Below the pieces are notes generated by a model. It was not told where the DNA came from. It ran no database searches and saw nothing but the letters and a program-made list of their open reading frames with translations. The position numbers were made by a program, and so were the translations under genes. Source: Psammoneis japonica (lineage: Eukaryota). Taken from it: DNA of 64,000 nucleotides. The stretch spans positions 1-64,000 of the forward strand of contig QPGO01000115.1 in the NCBI GenBank assembly GCA_008632985.1, in the 5' to 3' direction. Shown piece by piece: positions 1-12,594 of the stretch. Each line of letters starts with the position of its first letter. Positions within the stretch are counted from its first letter, which is position 1.

Positions 1-178
1 ACATCGGTATAACAAGTCACCGCCTGGCCGCCGCACCTTGAAGCCCAAACCTTTTATCTGTATTTTTGTTTTGAATTATTTGGACTGGTAGTCCTAATCC
101 AACCCAGCAGAGATTTTCGCTCCTTTATCAAAAAAAACGTTACTATACTTTCAACTCTTTGTTTCTTTTTAAAAAAGG

Positions 179-1183
179 CTACTTATTCTTAAACTCAGGG
201 TAAAGAATATCCCGCATCCTCGCCACATAGGCTACTAAATTCGTGCACGGACTGTCCTTGCTCTTGAGCTCCGACACCCAAGGTTCGGCTGCTTGAGATT
301 CGTCGTACAGAAGAAAAACAAGCCATGAATACACATCACAATCATAGCTGGTCGGATTCTTCGTTCCTAGGATATACTTTTCCTTCCCCAAGAGCTTACT
401 CAGAACGGCAACATCATCTTGTCCTTTTTTGCAAATGTCGACGTGGGCCATTCTACCAATGCCAGCGCCTACCAACATTAGACATTGATTGGATTGTAAG
501 AAAAGAATGAAACTGTGCCTTTTGACAAATAATGCAGCTCGCTTACCGTACAGATTCTTGTTCATATTCCGGAAAACGTGTTTTGAAATCAAGGTTGATA
601 CCACAGGTGGGAACTTCTCTTTCATTTCGTCACTAAACTTTTTTCTGCCGAATTCGGTGTTGAATTTTTGATGAAGCAATACCCAATAAAGGCTGCCTTG
701 GAGCATCTGTTGAATCAGATATCCCTGAGCTAGTTGCTCTTCGCTGAGAGACGAATCGACCGCGTTGCCAAACATGTTTTTTAGCATCGAAAGGATGCTA
801 GTGGAATCATCCACCATGTTTCCCTTGATGTTTGCAAAAGGGACCTTGCCGCGTGGGTTCTCCATCGCTCCTTTGCTCTCCAGCTTTGTGTAGGGCTGAC
901 GAATGAGACGCAGATAAGCTTCCACACGACTGACGTATGGAGAGGAATCGGATATGCCATGCTTCCAACCATGGCATGCATCCAAGACATCAAATCCCCA
1001 AACGGTAATGCTTTCGTTATCTCCTAGCTCAGGGATTTGTTTGGTACACATCCGTTGAATTCTTTCGACAGACGGTGCTTGGAAGAGCTTGTAAATTGCA
1101 TGCAGGGCGACGACGCCCAAGAAGACTACCAAGCTCATCAGCGTCGCATCCCTGTCCATCCCGAACGAAAAACGGTTACCCAT
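179..1183 (-). CDS. FAX/metaxin-like GST-fold protein with N-terminal membrane anchor; probable in-frame intron 469-546
   Basis: SSPYVSRVEAYLR and NPRGKVPF..DDSTSI motifs, plus LSKLLGKEKYILG..PTSYDC; GTAAGC...GGTAG intron of 78 bp restores NLYG-AGIGR. Confidence 0.8.
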   Translation of the reverse strand: MGNRFSFGMDRDATLMSLVVFLGVVALHAIYKLFQAPSVERIQRMCTKQIPELGDNESITVWGFDVLDACHGWKHGISDSSPYVSRVEAYLRLIRQPYTKLESKGAMENPRGKVPFANIKGNMVDDSTSILSMLKNMFGNAVDSSLSEEQLAQGYLIQQMLQGSLYWVLLHQKFNTEFGRKKFSDEMKEKFPPVVSTLISKHVFRNMNKNLYGKRAALFVKRHSFILFLQSNQCLMLVGAGIGRMAHVDICKKGQDDVAVLSKLLGKEKYILGTKNPTSYDCDVYSWLVFLLYDESQAAEPWVSELKSKDSPCTNLVAYVARMRDILYPEFKNK

Positions 1184-2076
1184 TTTCTTTAGCCAGTTGG
1201 TTTACGTAGCAGAACGATGATTGACGATTTGACGTTATACCGGTACAAGATCTATGATCTATCACCTGTCTTCTAAGGCTATCTGGGAGAGATGGGCGAT
1301 GAGCGAAGATCTGGATGAGTCTGCAAATCTGGATCTTCGAAAGATCCACAGCCGCGCGGGAGAGTCGCGCTGTCGTCTGTTGGCGCTGCGTTGGCTGCGA
1401 GTCTACTTCTCTCTCGCTCTCTCTAGTAGAGAGAGTAGAGACTATGATACTCTCCTCTACTCTACAGTAGCTCTTAGAGCTAGCTATTCGTAGCTAGTGC
1501 TCGAGCTACTAAAGAGTAGGGTCACGACTACTTCTAGTTGAGAGAATGCTCCAGCTGCGAAGCATCAGAGATCGTGGATCCACCCTCAAGTGTTTGAAGG
1601 TTGACAAAACCGAAAGTGCATTCATCTTTAGGTCAAACAGCCCTGACAGAGGGATCACATAGGGCCCGCGGCCGGGGGAATAGCCAAATCACGAGACATT
1701 CAAGATATCCCTCGATGCGGTAGCTAGAGCAGACTACAAGCACACATGACTTGTTTGAGTTGGTTCTCTGTTCTGTCGTGCTCCTCTCTACCAGAGACAG
1801 AGTAGCCAGAGCAGAAGCCATAAATAGATCTGCTAACGTTCTTGACGCCAAGTTACATTCGAGAAAGCATGTGTTTCAGCAGTGTGAGTGATTCAATCCA
1901 TTTGCATGTAACTTTTATAAAGCGTCTTATGCTTTTTAAAATGAACAACTTTTTACGCACATGGAACCAAGTACAAGGTCTCAATCACAGTACGATATCT
2001 CCGATGCAGTTGAGTACCATCTGTGCCCGGATGATGGTCGAATGTTCCGCTGGCGTGTTCCTCTTACCTCCTAAAA

Positions 2077-3664
2077 TCAATGGTTTGCCTTTGTCTTCTT
2101 TCCTTTCGGTGCACAGATGTTTTTGTGGCGTTTCCAATCGGATATTTGGCATTCTCTACTGCAGTAGAACACATTCTTGCATCTAGCGCAGCGCTGTAAT
2201 TTCTGACCTTCACCGAGACGCTCCTCTGGCTTACCACATGTTTGGCAAGCTCCTGTTGCCATTCCGCGCTCCATCGCTCGATGAATGGTCTCGCTCGACG
2301 TGTTTCCAAAAAGCACGCTCATCCAGTCTGTAGAATGGCCTGGATTAGGTATCATATCTTCTTTCCAAGCCTTCCGCATTGCCATTCTACCCAATTTGAG
2401 GCTGAACGAGGCTTCTGGGCCAACCAAACTGGTGTCTTGAGGGTATCCACCTTCAAAGCCTGGTTTTGCCGCATCACGCATCCATTCATAATTTGAATCT
2501 GTACCCGCAAGACGAAGCATCTCAAGACTTAAAGCGTAGGCCTTCGGGCCGCCGCAATCGTAGTCTCCGAAGTCGAGATAGTTGCTTTGGGGCAAACAAG
2601 CGCCTTTACCCCCCACCAACTGGGCCGCGCACTTTTCTCGTGGGACTAGATCAGTGAGGACGATTTCGGTTTTCCAGCCCGATATGGAAAGCACATGATA
2701 GAACTCCTGTCCGGGCTCCTGCATCAAATCAGCCAAACAAACGTCAGAGTCGTCTACGCGCATCGGATGAAGGCTCCGCACGGTCCCGTGAAAGCCATGA
2801 TTGCTGCTCATCGAGGGCGTTTTGGTGATTGCACCAAACACCACATCATTGGCAGGATTCATGGGTGGCTTCTTCATGTAGCCATGAGGATGAACAAGAA
2901 ACACAAAATCGTGGTAGCCGCGAGTCCAACCAAACGCCGGACAAAGGACTCGGTCATGAAATGCAGAAAGTGGAAGGTTTGCGGCAACGTGGAGGTCTCG
3001 TTCCGGAGCTATGCAGGCATCTAGCCCAGTTATCTTAGCCTTGAGGACCATAGTCATCTCTAACGCAGGCTTCACCTTGAGCTGGCGATTCGATCGGTTG
3101 CGTAGGATCATTTCCATGACCGCCTTTGGAATTCGCTGTCGGCCCGAGGTACTTGATTCTTCTTCCGCCCAACTGTGGAAAGCATATCAGACATACTTTC
3201 TGATCGCATTTGGTTGTCGCAATTAGCGAAAATAGTAAAGTGATAGTCCTTCTCGTAGAAAGGATGCTGGTACCCTTTGTCTGCATGGAACAGAGGAGGA
3301 CTGCACATAATCTTTTCGGTCAGCTCACCCTCTGTATAGGAGTCCTCATCCTCTTCTCCCTCATCGTCATCAGAAGAAGAATTATCACCCAAGTCTTCTG
3401 CACCTGATCCTTCCTCTTTGTCACTGCTGCGGGATCTGCTGTCGTCATCTTGGTTCAGAGTCTCCACTTCCCAACCCTCTTTGAGACAAAACTCCTTGAA
3501 TCTCTGCTGGTCGATAGCATCGATCTCGTATCCAATATCAGGATAGAAGGGGGCGCGACCGTCCCATTCGTACTCGTCCATCGGGGCACTTTCTAGGTGG
3601 TTGTCGCTGCTCTTCTCGATCTCTGTGAACCAATTGACGATTTTGTGCAATTGCATCGACATAG
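2077..3664 (-). CDS. pRiA4b-ORF3-like domain plus C-terminal MYND zinc finger; upstream acidic ORF (3664-3190) probably the same gene across a 1-nt frameshift near 3188
   Basis: CQTCG...CARCKNVFYCSRECQISDWKRHKNIC is a MYND finger; LSAFHDRVLCPAFGWTRGYH and GGKGACLP..DCGG resemble pRiA4b ORF3; the MYND frame stays open back to about 3187. Confidence 0.65.
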
Positions 3665-3762
3665 GATGAAGGCGCCTGCGAACAACGCAAGCTTCACATG
3701 AAACCTCAATTGGGAGGGGCTGCGCGATTTGTGCGGTCTTTGCATGTTCAATGTTAGGTTTA

Positions 3763-4833
3763 TTATGATGGCTTATCGGTGGCAGAAGCAGCCGGTTCTT
3801 TGCAGAAACCGGGGTTGTTCCAAAAGTCACTTGTAGTGAGGCTTTCCATGATTGACTCTGTCGGTGGCCTTGCAATAAAGTACGCATTCACATTCTGCTG
3901 CTTCTTGGTCTTTGTTTCTGTTGGACCAAATGGCTGTTGCGGCAAAAGCCAGCTCGAATCAACAACGAGGGATGATTCCTCCTGTACTTCACGAACGGCG
4001 CCTTCAAGACAAGTCTCGCCCAAATACCGTTTGCCTCCGGGAAGGTTCAACTCAAGCTTCCGCTTGCCATGAGAACTTTCGTTGTAGACAAGAATGAGCC
4101 AGAAAGCAACGTCAGCGTCAGTATCATCCCTAGTCATAAACAAAAGCTCCTTCAAGTGGTGACCAACAACAAATTGTGGAGCCTTATCGTCTATGTCGAT
4201 GGGAACATTGTTGTTTTCCGTCAATTCTCGTAAAAGTTGCCTCTCTGAATCCTCTTTGAGCGTTGCAGTACTTCGTGTTGTTTTAGTTGTGAGTGCCGCC
4301 AGCGTCCGTCGTGAAATTGTACACACAAAGTCAGCATGATCGGCATGTAGTGATCCCTGTGTTTCCAGAACCCGCTGCTTGCGTTGACGAGCCTGGTCAC
4401 GGGCAAGATTTACAACAGACCGAGACGGAGATGTCACGCACACAAAACCATTCGGATCGTTTCTTTGTAGCAGGCAAGCGGCGCACCTCACTTTATACGA
4501 AACATCCGTCTCGTCAGGAAACAGCTCGGACCTAAGCTTTCGTTCGGCCTCTAATGGATTCTTGTTAAACTCTGACGACTCGGTTCCAAGACACATATAG
4601 ACGCTTCGTGCTTTATTCTTTGAATCAGGAACCACCATTAATCCATCACCTGGTTTGACGCCTTTCGCTCGCTGAATTGATTCGTTTTGTAATGCCGTTC
4701 GTATGTTCTTTATTTTCGCACAGGAACAGTTCGGCGCGTGCACAGAATATCGAGAAGCATTGCATGTCTTGTGCATGACGGAAAAGTCGTCGGTGAACAA
4801 TTTAGGGGTCGACGGTGGTCTTGATCTTGGCAT
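3763..4833 (-). CDS. NUDIX hydrolase domain protein (start may be upstream at 5052)
   Basis: Nudix box LPGGKRYLGETCLEGAVREVQEESSL in a long ORF. Confidence 0.75.
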   Translation of the reverse strand: MPRSRPPSTPKLFTDDFSVMHKTCNASRYSVHAPNCSCAKIKNIRTALQNESIQRAKGVKPGDGLMVVPDSKNKARSVYMCLGTESSEFNKNPLEAERKLRSELFPDETDVSYKVRCAACLLQRNDPNGFVCVTSPSRSVVNLARDQARQRKQRVLETQGSLHADHADFVCTISRRTLAALTTKTTRSTATLKEDSERQLLRELTENNNVPIDIDDKAPQFVVGHHLKELLFMTRDDTDADVAFWLILVYNESSHGKRKLELNLPGGKRYLGETCLEGAVREVQEESSLVVDSSWLLPQQPFGPTETKTKKQQNVNAYFIARPPTESIMESLTTSDFWNNPGFCKEPAASATDKPS

Positions 4834-5384
4834 TGTATGGATGCTGTCGATAGTCGATCGCTGAGGCCCTGTCAGATTATTGAGTGAAGAGCTTCGTTCC
4901 GTTGCTGCTCCTCTTGGTAACGCCCGTGAATAGCGAAAGTGTCGTTTCGATGCTATCACTCGCGTTGATGGAACTGAACCCTGGTAATGTTTTGGTCGAT
5001 AGACGCTTTGGATTCTGTTGAGCAGCGCTTGTGGTGAAAAGGTCCTCCTCATGGCGGCGCTGGCTTTGTGCGCGGACGCTCCACGTTTCGCTCGCTCAAT
5101 CGCGCGTCCCCCTGTGCGCGACCACCTAACCGATATTCTTAGTCGTGAGCGTGACTGACATAAGTATGTTCCCGGGACTCAGGTAACGCTCGGGCGATTT
5201 TGGCGAGTGACTGAGTCTCACGTCTCGTGAACCTCGTTTGGTTGATCCGTGGTTGTGTGTCATTCATGGCCATGTGACAAGGAGAAGCTAATCGTGCACA
5301 TTGAAAACAAATAGAAACGAGTCATTCTTCCATAATAATCCAACGTTACTCGTACTTTAGCTACACGTGTTCAGTAATTCAAAG

Positions 5385-7400
5385 ATGCAGTTTAAGAAGG
5401 TGATGATTCATGTCGTCTTTCTTCTTTTCGCCGTTGTCGCCACAAGAGCCCGCCGTCTTGGCGGTCACCATCATCAACAAAGCCTTACAAAAGACAACAA
5501 AAGTGATGGATTCCCAAACATCTACACTGTGCGGTTCTCGTCACCACTGACAAAAGGTGCCGAGGCGTTTCTCGCGTCGCTGGATATACTCAAAACCAGC
5601 AGCGACGACGCGCAGAAGATGAGCAACGGTGTAACAGTTACGTTCATGGTTCATTCGGGAGAAGAGCTCAAGTTCATTCGTGATCTTGCAGCGAAAGAGT
5701 CAATCAAAAGCCTCGACCTTGATTTGGAGGCAACCAAGACGTACATGGCCAAGATCAAACCCGAGAACGATGTCGATGTCAAGAATACAGATTCGACTAT
5801 TAACAACTACCCCTGCTATCGAAATCTTGCAGGTATGGAAGCTCTCATGCAAGACCTGGTAAAGCAAGCCGAGTCAATACCGAATCTTGAAGTAACTCTT
5901 ACAGATATTGGGGATTCATACCTGAAGAGTCAAAACGCAACTCAAGGATATGACATTTGGGCGCTCAACATTACCGGGAGTGGAGTCAGCTCTCGTGGCA
6001 TGACAACAAAGAAAGGCGTTCTCTTTGGCATGACGGGTATTCACGCACGGGAATATGCACCACCCGAACTGGCCGCGAGATTCTTGGAAATGCTGGTGGA
6101 CGGGTACGGGTCTGATTCTCATGCGGATATTACATCCGTATTGGATCATACTGAAATCCATTGGGTGCTAAACTCTAATCCGGATGGACGATTTCAGGCT
6201 GAGCAATCGCCGTCGCTCTTTCGTCGAAAGAATTTAAATGGATCCCCTACTGTCTGTGGCGAGGGAGGTTACGGCGTGGATCTCAACAGGAACTTTCCGT
6301 TCAAGTGGGGTGGTAGCGGCTCCTCATCCTTCCCATGCTCGCAGACCTACCGCGGAGCTTCGCCCGCCTCAGAGCCCGAAGTCCAAGCTATTGTGAATTA
6401 CGTCTCGAGTATATTTCCGGAAGCGCAACGAAAGGATGATCCAGAGGAGAAAATTGACGAACCATTCAATGAAGATATTGCTGGCATCTTCTTTGACTTG
6501 CATAGTTTTGGCGAGATTATTATTTGGCCGTGGAGCTATGCCAACAAAGAGACAGGCAATGACCAGGATCTTGAAGCATTGGTCCAAAAATACCAGTCCT
6601 CTAACCGATATGACTTTTCGGGACCGAACAATAACTTCTTGTACCCGGCATCTGGTGTCACTGATGATTGGGCCTACGGCGTTCTTGGGATTCCAGGCAT
6701 GACATTTGAGCTAGGGACGGAGTTCTATCAAGATTGTGGCTACTTTGAAAACAATGTGGTACCACGCAATCTACCTGCTCTTCTTTACTCGGCAAAGACC
6801 GCAACAGCTCCCTTTTTGCTCTCCAAAGGGCCGGACGTGACAAGTCTTGTTCTATCACAAGAATCTCTTGAAATGAAAGATTCGTCTTCAGTTTCGATAA
6901 CCGCTGAAGTAAGCGATAGTGCACTATCATCTGCAGGCTTTCCTTCCGCACAACAGACGATAGCTTCCGTTCGGGTGTTTGTCGACACCCACCCGAATGA
7001 TGTTGTCAATGAAGGAAGAACTGCGGCTCCAGAAGGACTTGAGATGGAAAGTGCCTATGCTTCTGGGACTGAGACCGCCACTCTGTCTCTTACATTTGGG
7101 GACCTTAAAGATCTGATTCAAAAGCCCGTTTTGGGAAGGCACACGTTGTACGTACAAGCAACCGACAGCGAGGGCTATGCAGGTCCTGTCGCAGCAGTCT
7201 ACGTGGAAATTGTTGAAGACGCATTGACAAGTGAATGTGAGGACTCGGAAGAGACATTCATTGTTGATACAGATCTTGTTGGCGAAAGGAGCTGTGATTG
7301 GCTATCCATCAGCATGTTTCGTTTCAGCTATTTGTGCGACCGAATTGAAGTCGGAAGGCGCTGTCCAAAGACATGCAATCACTGTGATCTGTTTGGGTAG
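5385..7400 (+). CDS. Secreted M14 zinc carboxypeptidase with C-terminal ShK-like Cys domain (paralog 1)
   Basis: Signal peptide; HARE, RRKN, GVDLNRNF, DLHSF and TFELG motifs; C-terminal C..CDW..C..CPKTC..C. Confidence 0.9.
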   Translation: MQFKKVMIHVVFLLFAVVATRARRLGGHHHQQSLTKDNKSDGFPNIYTVRFSSPLTKGAEAFLASLDILKTSSDDAQKMSNGVTVTFMVHSGEELKFIRDLAAKESIKSLDLDLEATKTYMAKIKPENDVDVKNTDSTINNYPCYRNLAGMEALMQDLVKQAESIPNLEVTLTDIGDSYLKSQNATQGYDIWALNITGSGVSSRGMTTKKGVLFGMTGIHAREYAPPELAARFLEMLVDGYGSDSHADITSVLDHTEIHWVLNSNPDGRFQAEQSPSLFRRKNLNGSPTVCGEGGYGVDLNRNFPFKWGGSGSSSFPCSQTYRGASPASEPEVQAIVNYVSSIFPEAQRKDDPEEKIDEPFNEDIAGIFFDLHSFGEIIIWPWSYANKETGNDQDLEALVQKYQSSNRYDFSGPNNNFLYPASGVTDDWAYGVLGIPGMTFELGTEFYQDCGYFENNVVPRNLPALLYSAKTATAPFLLSKGPDVTSLVLSQESLEMKDSSSVSITAEVSDSALSSAGFPSAQQTIASVRVFVDTHPNDVVNEGRTAAPEGLEMESAYASGTETATLSLTFGDLKDLIQKPVLGRHTLYVQATDSEGYAGPVAAVYVEIVEDALTSECEDSEETFIVDTDLVGERSCDWLSISMFRFSYLCDRIEVGRRCPKTCNHCDLFG

Positions 7401-7699
7401 ATAATTTCAAGCCATTGTTGCAGTGCAAAAGCTCTTTTTTCCAGCTACACGGCATTCTAGTTCATATCGCTATGCGTACGCATCATCGAATTTTGTGACA
7501 GTGTCATCAGAGGAATGACTACTACCGGTAGACCCTAGAGAGTTTATCCACGTCCACTTCACACACGTAACCCATAACCCACACAATTCGTATAAGACTA
7601 TCTCGTAATGAACCACATTTTAACAACCATTATGCGGTGGAAAGGCATCTATTATGCAATCTGAACTCAGCCCTAGAAGTGCTGGTGTCTTTTCACCTC

Positions 7700-8380
7700 C
7701 AATCGTTTCACCATCGATCAGAAACCTCTAATGATCTTCACAATCTCCCAGGCCCTTCCGTTCCCTAAAAGCCATAAACACGTCAGAAAGTGGCTTTGTA
7801 GTCTGCAACATGAACCTAGTAATCTCAAAGGTTTCACTGTCTCTGATGGCGATCGGAATTATTTTATTAATAAGCTCTCATCCAGTCACTTCTTAGTCAT
7901 CAAAGAAGGACACAAAGACGCACATTCGAGTGGGGACATTTCTGATGGCAGCCAGAGCTGCAGTGGTCATCCAGCAACAAGTGTGACATTGACCGGACCT
8001 TTCATCTCAACTCAAAAGGCCTTGACGCTTGCATGCACAAAAGTGCGCTGGCACAAAATCAACCAAGCCATGGAATGGTTGAAAAAAACAGTCCTCTCTG
8101 TCACAACATTTCAGGTGCACAAGAAGGCTCCAAGAAGGTTCTCAGGTTCCTGCTGCAGATGACTGTGCAAGACAACACTGTTGAAGATTGTCATCACAAA
8201 ACATTGTTTTTAAAGCTGCGTGACAGAAATCTGGGCATGTGTCATGTGATTGCCCTCATGTCATCAGGCTTGAAAACAAACGGGTTGAGTTGTTTTGTGC
8301 ATGACAAAAAGACAGCACAAGTTCCAAACAGATCATTCTCAATGGAAAACAGTTTTGTGCATTGCTTGCTTGTTGAGATT
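7700..8380 (+). mobile_element. Degenerate Helitron-like fragment
   Basis: VRWHKINQAMEWLKK(N)SPLCHNI resembles the Helitron-associated VRxxKVxxALxWLKxxNPLYxDI motif, with a frameshift and Y->C. Confidence 0.4.
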
Positions 8381-8387
8381 GGCAACA

Positions 8388-8572
8388 TGCAAGATCTGGC
8401 TTGAGATGACTTGATAAAACAGGTTGTGAGAGAACCAAGAAGAGACCCGATCAGCACAATCACTGATCAGAACTGACTTCTGACGGCCTCTTGAATGTCC
8501 AACATGTCAGTTGATGCACATGTGTCAGAGAGGGCACACTTGGTCATGGAGCACATGTGCCTGTCTCATTCA
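8388..8572 (-). repeat. 3' LTR
   Basis: Near-identical to 12408-12594. Confidence 0.9.
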
Positions 8573-11500
8573 CTCTTCCCCTCCATGGCGCAAGAATCAT
8601 GCACACCATTGGAACCACTTGACTCAAATTTAAACTCCAAATGCACATGGAGAAGGGAACCCAGACATTGGGAAGAAACCCTCAACTCCGATGTGGCACC
8701 ATGCGATGAATGTCAATTCGCTCAATGACGTGTGGTGCTCACAGCACCGAAACTGTCCTGTTGGCGTGGACTTGCACAATTCAAAATGGACTGTGAGCTC
8801 AAGCTTCTAGCTTCGCTGGATCGACGGACTTGATCAACACATCTTGTCCCACCAAATGATCACAAGAATGACACTTCGCATTCTGTCGTCACAGGTTTTC
8901 ATTGATGAGCACTTGACAGTTGGCTTGAGTGGCAGCAAGATCAGAGAGAACAGGTGGATCCAAAATCATGTCTCGTTGGAATGCCAAAGCTCCACTTGAA
9001 ATGCCCATGGACCTTGAATGAGAGCATCGCAACGCAAAAGAGGCTGCAGCAAGGGCATCATCCACAATCTGCTTGGCCTGTTGAATGTTCAAAGGTGGGT
9101 CAGCAGCAACCACAGTTTGCAAAATGTCAGCTGCCAGTTGGTGCATTCGTTCACAAATGGAGTTGGCTGCAGGATTCCGTGAGGTTGTCGGAGCATCTTT
9201 GACACTGGCCTGGTTCAACGGCATCTGAAATTCCCAACCAATGAATTCACCGCCATCATCATGGACACATCAATTTGGTCTGGGATGATGAGCTGACCAA
9301 AGGTTGCGGAACTTGTTGGTGATGTGTTGAGAAGTTTTGTTGTCAGTGCGCACGAGTTCAGTCAGGCCAGCGACAGCATCAATGCAAGCAACGGCACTGA
9401 ATTTGATCTCTTGATCTTGAGTTGGCATTTTCCACGGCCCAATGAGATCAACTGCTGCTTCCGACCATGGAGCCAATGGTGCTTGGCATTCAGGCAATTC
9501 TCCACATCCCGGACCAAGTTGTTTGAAACGTTGACAGGTGTTGCATGCAAACTCATTACAACACCGATGCAATGCAGGGTGATGCATGTGAGTGCAAATG
9601 CTCTCGCACAAATGAACAACTCCACAATGGCCCAACACACGATGATGACACCACACGAGCATGTCAGGCAACAATGCAGTTGGAGTGCAAATTTTCCATG
9701 CTCCAGGTGGATCACTCAAATGCAGATGACAACATGTGAGAGGACACTGGTTCACAATCTTGACCACAAATTGCTGCGGGTTCTGTTGTCTCTGCTGACT
9801 CAGTTGCTGGTCCTCAAACTGGAGCTGTTGCACCCACAATGTCTTGGTGGGGCTTGGCATCTTGTCCAATGTCAGACAATTCAAAAAGCATTCTAACAAT
9901 TCAGGCTCATCAAGCAGAGAAGAAAAGGCATGAGACTCATCAGAGGAATTGACAGGAGCATGGCAACACTTGAACCTGCAAGCACCCAACTCCAAATCTT
10001 CTCTTCCTTGGCCTTGCTCAATTCACTGCCATCCAACTTTTTGAAATGAACAATTTTTCCTTTGCGTTTGCTGTCTGGCCCAAAAGGCTCTTCCCCTCCG
10101 AAGGTGGATCCATGCACGGGAGTCAAGAAAAACAATCGGCGAGCATGTTGTCCTTGCCTTCTGCATGTTCAAAAGTGGGCACGAAATCTTCAAGGAACAG
10201 ACGCCAATGAAGGATGCGCTGTGTGTTCAAAGTGCAAAAGGTGAGATTTTCATGGTCAGTGTGAACATTGATGTCAGCACCGAGCAACATTCACAACCGT
10301 CAACTCTTCTGGTCTTGTCGAATTCGGGTGGCACAATGTCACTCAGAGCCACCCAATGACCCGACTCTGGAAAGGACCTGCCACGGTTTGAAAGGCTTGT
10401 ACTCCATGCTCATCAATGGATGGCACAGCTCCATGAGGCAAAACTTGAGAAGAGATCACAGTGTGAGAGCCACCAGAATCAAACAATGCATGCATCACAT
10501 GATTCGACTCATGACGCTGGATCGATTTGGCAACTGGTGGGGTTGATGGAACCAATGCGGTGCGCGAGACTTGCGAACCCATTTTGGGGAGAGGAGTGTT
10601 GTGTTCAAATGCATCTTGATCGAATGCGTCCCCCTCTTCATTCATGTAATTTTCTGCAGCATCTTCAAATTCAATGGGCGACAATTCGTTGGGATTTTCA
10701 AAACAATCAAAAGCAAAACTTTCAGGTAAATTTTCAGGCATGATGCAATCATCTTCAACAAATGCTTCACATGTGGGCAATTGGGAGCATTCAGCTCCGG
10801 AGCACTCAGCTCCTTCTTCTCAGAACTGCCAAGGAAACTGCCCACCTGGCTGAAACCTCACCACACCTCCATGACGTGGAGGGCCTCGTCCGATCACATC
10901 GAAATGGTGCATGTCACCACGAGGAGCTTCTCAAGCCTGGTTGTCATTCATGTCATCTGCTTGAGCAGCACAACCATCAGCATGACCTTGGCCACCACGA
11001 TTGTTGTCATCATTGCAATGATGTTGGCCACCACCACCTTGGTTGCCATTGTCACTCTGACTCCCATTGTTGTTGTTGTTGTTGTTGCAATTGTTGCAAT
11101 GGGCACTGCGACCTCCTTGGTTTTGGTTGCCACGACCACCAAAGTGTCCACCACCACCATGGCCAGGACCACGGCCTCCTTGGAAGCAACCTCCGCCTCA
11201 ACCTCCACCACCACGACCTCCATCTTGACTGCCACGGTTTTGAGGTCCACGACAGTCAGGGTTGTTTGGATCATCACAGCACTGGCCCCATGCATGTCTT
11301 CCATGATGCCATGGGACCGGACACAGATCACCAGCCTTGGGTTGACCCTTGTTGTCCTTCTTGTCATGGCTGCCCTTCTTGTTGCTGGAGTTCCCTCCAT
11401 TGCCATTGTTGGACTTGCATTTCTTGTTTTCTTGACCATTGGCAAACACCTTCTCGTCACTCATGTGAGCTTGAATGTCCACCTTGGAGTCTGCAACAAG

Positions 11501-12407
11501 ATTCTTGCCCGCACGAATGTGGGGCTGCTGCCAGGTCAAAGGAAAGGTGCAGAAGATGACATTTTTCTGCTCCTGCTCTGTGAGTTCAGGGATGTTTCCA
11601 GGCAAGCAGTCAGCACAAAGAAACAAGGTTTCCATGCAATCAATGCAAGTTTCAGATTCCATGGAGCAAGGTTTCTTGCAAGCAGGCAAGCACATCTTCA
11701 TTGCATCACGAGCTGTCGGCTTCACATGACGCAGACAGCAGGCCGAGATGGCTTGATTAAACCGAGCTGCCGTCCTTTGATTCTGTTGGATGCCCGCTGT
11801 GACATTCTGCCATTTTGCCTCTGCAGTGCCTTGCAGGCAAGCCTCAAAAGCATCAAAAAGTTCCGCTCCGGCATCACAATCCAACTGTCTTGCTGCCTTC
11901 TGAAAATGGTCCTCCACATGCGACAGTGATTCAATTCCATGTTCTCCTGCAAAAATGGGACACATTTTTGAAAGTTTAGTTCCATCATCAAAGGTTTGAG
12001 CAAGCTTCACTTCCTGCAATTCAGAGTCCACAAATTTGGTTTTGTGCTCAATGCATGCTTTCTCCAAGGCTTCTTGACACATGCCGATGAACAATTTCAG
12101 CGATCAAGGAATCAATGATCCACACAATGGATGAAAAAACACGTTCCCAATTGATCCACACAATGAGAACAATCAATGACCAAACAAAAACAAATTCAAG
12201 TGTGGCAACATGAGCTTCACGTTTAAACAAATGCTGCTCTGAATCACCAATTTCACGAGCACAGTTGCGCTGAGGTTCCGATTGATTTCTGATGAAATTT
12301 TCTGCACGAGCATGCAAGTGAGCTTTCTCTCTTTTCACCAGCACTCTGCACATTGTCATGAAATGGATGACACAACAAGCAAGCCATGACAATGACTGCA
12401 ACCACAG

Positions 12408-12594
12408 TGCAAGATCTGGCTTGAGATGACTTGATAAAACAGGTTGTGAGAGAACCCAGAAGAGACCCGATCAGCACAATTGCTGATCAGAAATGACTTC
12501 CAATGGCCTCTTAAATGTCCAACATGTCAGTCAATGCACATGTGTCAGAGAGGGCACACTTGGTCATGGAGCACATGTGCCTGTCTCATTTGCA
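12408..12594 (-). repeat. 5' LTR, followed on the minus strand by PBS-like TGGTTGCAGTC
   Basis: Near-identical to 8388-8572. Confidence 0.9.

Larger units (their letters stand above)
8388..12594 (-). mobile_element. Gypsy/Ty3 LTR retrotransposon, degenerate, most of RT deleted
   Basis: Direct repeats 8388-8572 and 12408-12594 with TG..CA ends; PPT GGAGGGGAAGAG beside the left LTR; gag (12094-11198); protease ALFDSGGSHT; RNaseH end [10 protein letters not shown]; integrase HH-CC and VDLIGPW. Confidence 0.9.

Noticed and set aside
10762..11929. Long + strand His-rich and Thr/Val-rich ORFs
   Set aside because: Antisense of Gypsy gag; open only because TAA/TAG stops were erased
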